From Chthoniobacterales bacterium (GTDB lineage: Bacteria > Verrucomicrobiota > Verrucomicrobiia > Chthoniobacterales > DASVRZ01), in NCBI GenBank assembly GCA_036388355.1, contig DASVRZ010000017.1:6514-70513 (forward strand): a stretch of 64,000 bases of DNA. The letters run 5' to 3'. A program made the position numbers and the translations under genes. Under the pieces are notes generated by a model, which was given only the letters and a program-made list of their open reading frames with translations, did not search any database and was not told the DNA's origin. Numbering within the stretch: position 1 is the stretch's first letter; each line of letters opens with the position of its first letter. Of this stretch, positions 29,217 through 36,291 are shown in pieces.

Positions 29217-29276
29217 GGGAGTGATTCTAGATTTCCTAGTCGCAGCGTCAACAGAGGAATTGCGCTACCGCCCCTC

Positions 29277-29939
29277 TCAAAAGCGCTCCAGCCACTCGGC
29301 GGTTCCGTAGCGGCTCGCCACCAAGCTTTCCGCGCGTTGCCGCTCGTCGGCGGTGAGCGGAATGGGCATGACCTCACTAGCGAAGCCTCCAGCGAAGGCG
29401 GCTGCTCCCGCTGTATCAAATGGCACCCGCTGCACGCTGCCTTGATGGAGTAGTCCGCATCGAGTGCGCCGCTGCGCCGCCCCGGCCACTTTAGTTTCCC
29501 TGATCAATAAATCGCCCACCACGGCCCGTCGGAAACACCCGTCGCCTGAGCCTTCCGGCACCTCCGCCAGCTCCAGTTGAGTCTCGCAAAGTCGCGCGGC
29601 TAGATCGCGGATCACCCTGTGGATCTCCACATAACTTCTCGCTCGCTCCCCGCGAACCAACTCGTGCTCCGGCGGAATCAGCAGCGAATACGTCCAGTCC
29701 GCGCCGTGATCCACCAGACCGCCGCCCGTCCAGCGCCGCATGAGCGGCAAACCCGGACGCAACCCACGCGTCTCGGCCAACTTCTCAAAATACCCCATCG
29801 TCACCGTCGGCTCCGCCCATCGATACACGCGCAATGTCGGCAGCGCGAGCTCCTGCAGCAGCATCTCATCCACCGCCATATTCCACGCTCCACTGCCTGG
29901 AATCGTCTCTTCGATCAGCCGCAAACGGTCGAAAATCAT
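29277..29939 (-). CDS. Lipoate-protein ligase A family protein
   Basis: NMAVDE, PTLRVYRW, RRWTGGGLVDH, KVAGAAQRR, LHQGS. Start at ATG 29939. Confidence 0.88.
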   Translation of the reverse strand: MIFDRLRLIEETIPGSGAWNMAVDEMLLQELALPTLRVYRWAEPTVTMGYFEKLAETRGLRPGLPLMRRWTGGGLVDHGADWTYSLLIPPEHELVRGERARSYVEIHRVIRDLAARLCETQLELAEVPEGSGDGCFRRAVVGDLLIRETKVAGAAQRRTRCGLLHQGSVQRVPFDTAGAAAFAGGFASEVMPIPLTADERQRAESLVASRYGTAEWLERF

Positions 29940-29997
29940 GGCGGCATCATGCTTTGCCGATTGGCAAGCGCAAGATCGACGTGTAAACCCTTTCGCC

Positions 29998-30891
29998 ATG
30001 GCTAAACTCGCACTCGGCAAAGGTCTCGGAGCCTTGATCACTCCCAAAGTCGCCACGCCGGTTCCCATCGTCAGCGAAGGCGAGCGAGTGGAAATGATCC
30101 CGGTTGGAAGCCTGGTCGCGAGCCCCTTTCAGCCGCGCCGCGAGTTCAAGGAAGAGCCGCTTCAGGAGCTCGCCGATTCCATCAAGGAACGCGGCATTAT
30201 TCAGCCGCTCATTGTTCGGAAAGTCGGGCCGAAATTCGAACTAATCGCCGGTGAACGCCGGTGGCGTGCCGCCCAGCGCGCCGGGCTCATGGAAGCTCCC
30301 GTCATTGTTCGCCAGGCCAGCGACCGCGACGTTTTGGAGCTCGCCCTCATCGAGAATCTCCAACGCGCCGACCTCAATCCCATCGATGAAGCGCAGGCGT
30401 TCGCACGTCTGGCGGAGGAATTTGACCTGCGCCAGGAAGACATCGCCCAACGCGTCGGCCGCAGCCGCGCCGGCGTCGCCAACTCGCTGCGCCTCCTTGA
30501 GCTCGACCCGCAGATCCAGACCTGGCTCACGCAAAATCTGCTCACCGTCGGCCACGGAAAAGTTCTGCTCGGCCTCAAGGATCACGAGCAGCAACTCGCC
30601 GCCGCCCAGCTTGTCCTGCGCCAGGGCAGCACCGTCCGGGAAACAGAGATCATCGTGCAAAATTTCCTCCACAAACACGGCCTCACCCCATCCCCCCGCA
30701 GACGTTCCGCCGGGCCAACCACCGACCTCTCTCCCGCTTTGCAGAACGTGCAAAACCGCCTGCAAAGCCACCTCGCCACGCACGTCACCGTGGCTCACGG
30801 CGACAAAAAGGGCCGCATCGAAATTGAATACTACGGCGCCGACGATCTTCAGCGCCTCCTCAACGTCCTCGGTCTGTCAGAGGAAGCGTAG
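29998..30891 (+). CDS. parB: ParB/Spo0J chromosome partitioning protein
   Basis: LGKGLGALI, PFQPRREF, GIIQP, IAGERRWRA, ALIENLQR, HTH (GRSRAGVANSLRLL). Start at ATG 29998. Confidence 0.95.
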   Translation: MAKLALGKGLGALITPKVATPVPIVSEGERVEMIPVGSLVASPFQPRREFKEEPLQELADSIKERGIIQPLIVRKVGPKFELIAGERRWRAAQRAGLMEAPVIVRQASDRDVLELALIENLQRADLNPIDEAQAFARLAEEFDLRQEDIAQRVGRSRAGVANSLRLLELDPQIQTWLTQNLLTVGHGKVLLGLKDHEQQLAAAQLVLRQGSTVRETEIIVQNFLHKHGLTPSPRRRSAGPTTDLSPALQNVQNRLQSHLATHVTVAHGDKKGRIEIEYYGADDLQRLLNVLGLSEEA

Positions 30892-30941
30892 GCCGAAAAA
30901 GGGCGCGTCCAATTGCTCCGCTGATCCCGATTCCTAGTTTC

Positions 30942-32042
30942 GTGCGTGCAGCTTCTCTACTCCTCGCTCTCTCCGAAGTGAGAAACCGGCACGCTTCCCT
31001 ACGGTTTGGCTCACCGCTCCTCCTCGCCGCCCTCCTTCTCGCCACCAGCTGTAAGAAAGCGCCGCCGCTGGCTGACCTCCCTCAGAAAGCCGCGAGCGCC
31101 ACTCCAGCAGATCCGGCACCCGCGCCCTCAGCCCCCACTCCGACACCCCTTTCTCCCAAGGCCGCTTCGATCTCTGCGGTCACCGACCGGATCGACGGGA
31201 AAATTGCCCTTCAACGCGCCCGCACCATCTGCACACTCGGCTCCCGCGCCTACGGAACTCCGGGTTACCGCCAGACGCTCGCGTATCTCCGCTCCGAGCT
31301 CACCCGCCTCGGCTGGCACACCGTTTTTCAGGCCTTCGAGTCCAAAACACCCGCCGGAGATCGCACTTACACCAACCTGATCGCCACCTGGCCCCTCGAC
31401 AAAGACGCGCCCAAGGGCAAGGCAGCCACAAACCGGCTCATCCTCACAGCGCACTACGACGCTCCCAACGCCGAACTCACCGACTTCCCAGCTGCCAGTT
31501 CTGGCGCCGCCGGTTGCGGCCTCATTTTAGAACTCGCTGAACGCCTGGCCACCGCCCCCACCCTCGCTGCCCGGGTCGAATTCGTCATCTTCGACGGAGA
31601 GGAACCCGTCCAGCAAATGTCCGCCACCGATGGCCTCGCGGGCTCCCGGTTTTATCTCCACAGCCTGAACACCAACGGCGAGACGTCTCGAGTTCGGGCC
31701 CTCCTCGCTTTCGGGGCCATCGGCCACAGCCGGGCGCGCTGGACGTTACCCACCGTTACCAACGCAGATCTCAACCGCGCGCTGCAAACGAGCATTTTCC
31801 TCCACAAATGGGAGGGCCAACTAACCCTTCTCGGCCGCCCCGCCTGGGGACCTCATCTCCCCGCCCTGCAAGCGGGCATCCCGGCTACCTTCTTGCACGA
31901 CGCGCTTTTCCCCGCCCTCGGCACCGCGGACGACACGCCGGAACAACTCGAGGCCGAATCCCTCCGCCGCGCCGGCCTCGCCAGCCTCCAGCTTCTCAAC
32001 CTGCCTCCCCTCGCGCCTGCTGCTGAGACAAAAACAAACTAG
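30942..32042 (+). CDS. M28/glutaminyl cyclase-like lipoprotein with degenerate Zn site
   Basis: Lipobox-like LATSC, TNLIA, LTAHYD, FDGEE, GLAGSR. Other ligand positions are altered; start uncertain. Confidence 0.75.
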   Translation: MRAASLLLALSEVRNRHASLRFGSPLLLAALLLATSCKKAPPLADLPQKAASATPADPAPAPSAPTPTPLSPKAASISAVTDRIDGKIALQRARTICTLGSRAYGTPGYRQTLAYLRSELTRLGWHTVFQAFESKTPAGDRTYTNLIATWPLDKDAPKGKAATNRLILTAHYDAPNAELTDFPAASSGAAGCGLILELAERLATAPTLAARVEFVIFDGEEPVQQMSATDGLAGSRFYLHSLNTNGETSRVRALLAFGAIGHSRARWTLPTVTNADLNRALQTSIFLHKWEGQLTLLGRPAWGPHLPALQAGIPATFLHDALFPALGTADDTPEQLEAESLRRAGLASLQLLNLPPLAPAAETKTN

Positions 32043-32046
32043 ACTG

Positions 32047-32074
32047 TTGACGCCGCGTGCGTTTTGCCTATTCT
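32047..32074 (+). promoter_or_regulatory. Sigma70-like promoter of tRNA-Arg
   Basis: TTGACG-N16-TATTCT, 14 nt upstream of the tRNA. Confidence 0.5.
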
Positions 32075-32088
32075 GCTTCCTCCCCGAC

Positions 32089-32165
32089 GCACCCATAGCT
32101 CAATTGGATAGAGCATCTGACTACGGATCAGAAGGTTTGAAGTTCGAGTCTTCATGGGTGCACCA
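32089..32165 (+). tRNA. tRNA-Arg(ACG)
   Basis: Cloverleaf GCACCCA...TGGGTGC-ACCA, anticodon arm TCTGA-CTACGGA-TCAGA, T-loop GTTCGAG. Confidence 0.97.
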
Positions 32166-32179
32166 CTTTCCAGCTCACG

Positions 32180-32494
32180 CTACTTCTTCTGAAGCAGGAT
32201 CTGCGATCCGCGTTTTTCTATCTGGCCGCGCACCATTTCCGCAATCGTGGTGAGGATCCACGGCAGATCCACCTCCACACGCACATTGTCGTCCATGACG
32301 CTGATGCGGCCACTAAGGGTCTGCTTCATCACCACGGCGTTGAAATGCAAGTCATCGCCGCGCCATTCCTCCTCGATTGAAGAGGTGTAGGCTGCCAACT
32401 GCGGCTTCATCTTCTCCAACCCCTCGCGGATGCGTTTGATCGCCTCAGCCTTGGTGTGCGGGTGCGGTAAGGTAACGATGATGGGCTTCTTCAT
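32180..32494 (-). CDS. Polyhydroxyalkanoic acid system (PHA_gran_rgn-like) protein
   Basis: PH....EA..RI, EEEW.GD.L.F, SG.I.V....V.VEV.LPW. AAGGAG RBS upstream. Confidence 0.75.
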   Translation of the reverse strand: MKKPIIVTLPHPHTKAEAIKRIREGLEKMKPQLAAYTSSIEEEWRGDDLHFNAVVMKQTLSGRISVMDDNVRVEVDLPWILTTIAEMVRGQIEKRGSQILLQKK

Positions 32495-32593
32495 GGCGGC
32501 TCCTTGGTGAATGTGGTCGCGTTTGTGCGGGATCAGAAGGTTTCTTTTTTCTCACGATCAGGAAGTTTGATACATCTACTTTCCCGCGGTGAA

Positions 32594-33142
32594 TTACTCT
32601 TCTGGAGTCTTCTTGATTGCCCAAATGGTGTGCTTGCGGGCGGAATCTTCGTCGATAATTCGCAGTCCTTTTCCGAAAAGCCAGTCTCGCAGGGATTGGT
32701 CGGGACCATCTACTTTCAGCACCCGTTCATCCGGCAACCCGATGTAGTCTTTCAGCCAGTGGGTGGGTGCTTTGGCTGCTGCCCCAAGGACAATTTCCAT
32801 GAACTCTTTTTCGGTGAGAGATTCTGGCAACATGCTTTTCAGATTGGAGACCCATACCAAACATTCGGAGATTTTTTGTACCTCCAGTAGTTTGGTAATC
32901 TCTTCCCAGATGTCGACGGGGATGACGGAATCGTCGGTGTTGTTGGGGCTGTCTGATCCGTCTCCATTGTGGTAGGTGAAGAAGACGTCCGATGTGTCTT
33001 TGGGAAGTGATCCAGATGGGTGCCATGTCGCAGGCGGTGCAGGTTTGTTTGTTCCGTTAAGCCAGGCATTCCAGTCGCTTCGTTGGTACCATTCCGGAGC
33101 GTTGATACGGATAAGAGGCATTTGGTGGCTGATAAGTTCCAT
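32594..33142 (-). CDS. Hypothetical protein (accessory region)
   Basis: 182-aa Trp-rich ORF (INAPEWY...W.AWLN, ATWH, SDVF, DGSD, DIWEEI, LVWVSNL). Confidence 0.7.
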   Translation of the reverse strand: MELISHQMPLIRINAPEWYQRSDWNAWLNGTNKPAPPATWHPSGSLPKDTSDVFFTYHNGDGSDSPNNTDDSVIPVDIWEEITKLLEVQKISECLVWVSNLKSMLPESLTEKEFMEIVLGAAAKAPTHWLKDYIGLPDERVLKVDGPDQSLRDWLFGKGLRIIDEDSARKHTIWAIKKTPEE

Positions 33143-33278
33143 GGTCTTGTAGTCTTCTTCTGGGGGGATTGCTTTAAGTCTTTCTACTTCGCATCGGGTG
33201 GCAATGCCGTGTGCCTTCTTCTTTGGTCTTCCTGCTCTTCTGGTGGGAGCGATCGGAACTCAATTTCGACTGGCAGGT

Positions 33279-34139
33279 CTAATGCGAGTCAAATTGACTC
33301 AAACCGCTTTTATGTTGTCGAGGGCTGCGTGCGCTTCTCACGTATGCTAAGCGAGCCGTGGAGCCTGTAGCGGCTCTGAGTTTGGCATTCTGGTGGAGGG
33401 CGTTTGCCAATAGGGAGCCTGGGCCCAATTGTTCAACCAGCATCCGGGTATCTTTGGGAAGACAGTGACCACCCACCCCAGGCATTCCATCAGGGCCGAT
33501 TGCCGCCAGATATCCGGATCCAACTCGAGCATCGATCTCCACCGCACTGATGACCTGGCTCCAATCCAGTTTCATGCGCGTGGCTAGCTCGGCCATCTCA
33601 GAAGCGAAAACAGCTTTCAGAGTCGCATAGCCATTGAGAAAAAGTTTGGCCATCTCGGCTTCACCGACGGACATGACCCGCTGAGTTTCCGACGTGCCAC
33701 ACACATCCTTGAGGGCTAGAAAAAACTGGTCTGGATGTTTGCCTCCGTAGATGGTGAGAGAGGGGTGTAGGAAGTCGGCATCTGCCGTTGCGCTCCGCAG
33801 AAGTTCTGGACTGAAGCCGAGATTGAGGCTCGGAAATTTTTTTTCAAAATGCTCCGTGGTTCCAACCGGCACGGTGGACCGCAGCACCAGCAGGCTGCTC
33901 GTTCTAAGGGTCGAGGCTTTTTCTAAAATGCACCTGATGGCGGAGAGATCACATTGTCCATCAGCACTCACTGGAGTGGGCAAGGTTAGAAAACTGACTT
34001 CTTGCTCGAGGGTTTGCTCCAGCGAATCGGGAGAGCGCGCTGGATCGCTATCGTAGCCCCGCACATCGCGTCCGAGAGAGCGGAGTCCCCGATACATGGC
34101 TCCCCCGACTACGCCCAATCCGATGATGCCTACTGACAA
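33279..34139 (-). CDS. UDP-glucose/GDP-mannose dehydrogenase family, short form
   Basis: GIIGLGVVG, LPTP, RSTVPVGTT, SPELLR, AEMAKLFLN, GGHCLPKD. No C-terminal UDP-binding domain. Start is either TTG 34139 or further up (ORF open to 34199). Confidence 0.85.
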   Translation of the reverse strand: MSVGIIGLGVVGGAMYRGLRSLGRDVRGYDSDPARSPDSLEQTLEQEVSFLTLPTPVSADGQCDLSAIRCILEKASTLRTSSLLVLRSTVPVGTTEHFEKKFPSLNLGFSPELLRSATADADFLHPSLTIYGGKHPDQFFLALKDVCGTSETQRVMSVGEAEMAKLFLNGYATLKAVFASEMAELATRMKLDWSQVISAVEIDARVGSGYLAAIGPDGMPGVGGHCLPKDTRMLVEQLGPGSLLANALHQNAKLRAATGSTARLAYVRSARSPRQHKSGLSQFDSH

Positions 34140-35476
34140 GCTTCGTCCATCTCTCGCGCGGTCTGCTCCAATTTGATCCATTCGGGGCGATAATGCCACC
34201 AGCTGTCGCGGTCGTCGAGAGGATGATAAAATAGCGGGGTATCATCCAGCCACGGTTGCAGAACACCGCTGTTGAGTCGGAGGGAGGCGGCATGACTCGC
34301 CCGCTCTGGGGCAGGTGCGGTAATGAACGCCACTTCTAACAGATCCAGCGCCAGGGCGTAGGTCTCTTTGTCTCCATAAGTATAGGCATAAAGGCGTTGT
34401 CCTAGAGAATTAAGCGCAGCGGCCAGGCGGAGAGCAGTTCTGATGCGTGCGTCGAATTTGTTCACATAAAGCTGGCCGCTTTCAAACTCCGTAGGACGCA
34501 CCGGCACACCAAGAGCGTCTCGCAGCGGACCGGTCCGTGCCGCCGCGCATTCCCAAGGCCCGTCGCACCAGAGAATGGCCGGATGCTCGGAATGGAAAAT
34601 TTTCCGCACATCCTGCAACGGGAATGAATTCACATCCAGCATCAGGGTTTTCCCAAATCGCGACTGCGAAAGCATCCATGCCTTGAAGCCATGCACCTCA
34701 TGGCGGCCCGACAAGCCGGAAAAAGGCGAGTCGCCCGTCTCCACCAATCGCGCCAGGGAATGCAGAGCGGCCTTTTGGCGGACATTAAATTCTCCCGGCA
34801 GATGCCAGACTTCGATGGGTAGATCGCAACCAGTTTCCCGAATGTTCAGCAGGTTCGCGTAGAGTGGCCGGAACAGTCTGCCGCAACCGGAAACGACGAT
34901 TCCCGCCTCCTGCTGTGGCTCCATATCTGGAGGCCAGGAATCCGGGGCGTGAAGGATGGCCTCGATCTTTTCCACGATCGCCGGAAGGAAAACTTTCCAA
35001 TCTGTGCCATGGCGCGAGATGAAATGGAGCAGAGGATTTTCCCCCCATTGTGCAAGAACGGGATGCTGGGAGACATACCATTGAGTATCGAATAATGGAT
35101 GCGGATCCAAACCCAGGCGAGCGCCGGTCCAGAGATAATGCTCCGCAGGATCCTCCGGGGAACCCTGCAAATGTCTAGCTCGGTAGTCAGCCACGTGGAA
35201 AAGCGGATGCGGGTTGCGGCCTTCCGCCATCCCATACATTTGGAAATGTTCCCACGCAGGGAGGCCTGCTTCGGCCACGTCCGGGTAAGTGGACAGATAC
35301 CATTCCGGCGCAAGAATTTGCCGCCAAACACTGGATGCTAGAGCCAGGAGTGGCTCCCCCGCGGAGGGTCGATTACCGCCTTCCGCGACATCCTCGAAGG
35401 CTTGCTCGCCGCTCAACTCTCCCTGTGTGGCGCTAATCGAATTCGGAACAGGCATCTCAAGATATGACGGAGTCAC
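34130..35476 (-). CDS. Glycosyltransferase: N-terminal WY/PHPLF repeats plus GT71 (MNN2-like mannosyltransferase) domain
   Basis: Repeats WYLSTYPDV...HF...G..EGRNPHPLF. Then GIVVSG, GCDLPIEVWH, GFKAW...SRF...LMLD, ILWCD, EFESGQLYVNK, YGDKETY. Confidence 0.75.
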   Translation of the reverse strand: MTPSYLEMPVPNSISATQGELSGEQAFEDVAEGGNRPSAGEPLLALASSVWRQILAPEWYLSTYPDVAEAGLPAWEHFQMYGMAEGRNPHPLFHVADYRARHLQGSPEDPAEHYLWTGARLGLDPHPLFDTQWYVSQHPVLAQWGENPLLHFISRHGTDWKVFLPAIVEKIEAILHAPDSWPPDMEPQQEAGIVVSGCGRLFRPLYANLLNIRETGCDLPIEVWHLPGEFNVRQKAALHSLARLVETGDSPFSGLSGRHEVHGFKAWMLSQSRFGKTLMLDVNSFPLQDVRKIFHSEHPAILWCDGPWECAAARTGPLRDALGVPVRPTEFESGQLYVNKFDARIRTALRLAAALNSLGQRLYAYTYGDKETYALALDLLEVAFITAPAPERASHAASLRLNSGVLQPWLDDTPLFYHPLDDRDSWWHYRPEWIKLEQTAREMDEACQ

Positions 35477-35530
35477 AGATCAACCCAATAGCTTCGGTGA
35501 TCGAGATGCTCTCGGGTTGGAGTGGGGTGA

Positions 35531-35639
35531 GTGGCTTGACGACCTCAATCCCAGCGACGCGGCGGGGACGGCACCCAAGGCTGCCCCGCAGCCGAAGTAA
35601 CGAGCCTGGAGCGTTCGCCGCAGCGCTTGGTTACGCCAC
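35531..35639 (-). mobile_element. Decayed integron attC site
   Basis: Minus strand reads GTGGCGTAAC-CAAGC-GCTGCGGCGAACG...CGTCGCTGGGATTGAGGTC-GTCAAGCCAC. The outer 10-mers are complementary at 8/10 positions, the AAC overlaps the ORF stop, and the inner arms pair with bulged bases. Confidence 0.65.
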
Positions 35640-35936
35640 AATATGAAATAACAATCGGAACAAACCATAAGACAAAGTTCCCGCAATCCACGGTGCGAAA
35701 AAGCTGATACCCAAAATCGATGCCATTCGCCAGCCCGGCATGTTCGGATTCCCGGCGTGCGGACCAATTGCTAGGCATACCAAACCTCGATAGCAGCCAA
35801 CGCCCAATGCGAACCCGACCGGAATCGCAACCAACATCCATGCGGGCGTGGACGGAACTACGCGATGCGCGGCGATGCCGCTTCCAACAGCTCCGCCGAC
35901 GGGAGAAAGAAAATGCGCAAGCTCAAATAGGTTCAT
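35631..35936 (-). CDS. Small membrane protein, putative integron cassette ORF
   Basis: 101 aa with about 3 hydrophobic segments. The TAA stop lies within the attC inverse core, and GTTGGCC sits 13 nt before the ATG. Confidence 0.65.
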   Translation of the reverse strand: MNLFELAHFLSPVGGAVGSGIAAHRVVPSTPAWMLVAIPVGFALGVGCYRGLVCLAIGPHAGNPNMPGWRMASILGISFFAPWIAGTLSYGLFRLLFHIVA

Positions 35937-35949
35937 GGCGTGCGAAGTT

Positions 35950-35995
35950 GGCCAACAAGTGTTAAACGGATGAGGGTTTCGGTTGTGGCATAAGT
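35950..35995 (-). mobile_element. attI-like or core recombination site at the cassette 5' end
   Basis: Minus strand ...CTTATGCC...CATCCGTTTAACACTT-GTTGGCC, an AAC-N4-GTT arrangement just upstream of the cassette ORF. Confidence 0.35.
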
Positions 35996-36291
35996 CGGCG
36001 GAGGAAGCCCGCACGTGTGACAGATCACTAGCTGCCGTCTACAAACAGGTCTAGCCATTAAAGATACCGACAGAGTTCAAGCCTCCTTCCGCTGTGTGCC
36101 GACCGAATCGACTGATCGACTGATTTACCATACGAGGTCCAGACGCCTTGGAAACTCCAACCGGGACAGCCGCTTTAGACCGCGAAACGACCGTTGACTC
36201 GAGGCCGTTAGAGGAAGTCAGGAACGGAACTTCGGGTGCGCGTTGGCTTCGGCCTGCCGGTCAGTTGCTATGGCTTCTGGCGTGTGCATAA

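Noticed and set aside
36015..36290. Integron integrase remnant beside the attI-like site
   Set aside because: Neither strand gives recognisable tyrosine recombinase motifs; a faint resemblance near 36120-36180 is too weak.
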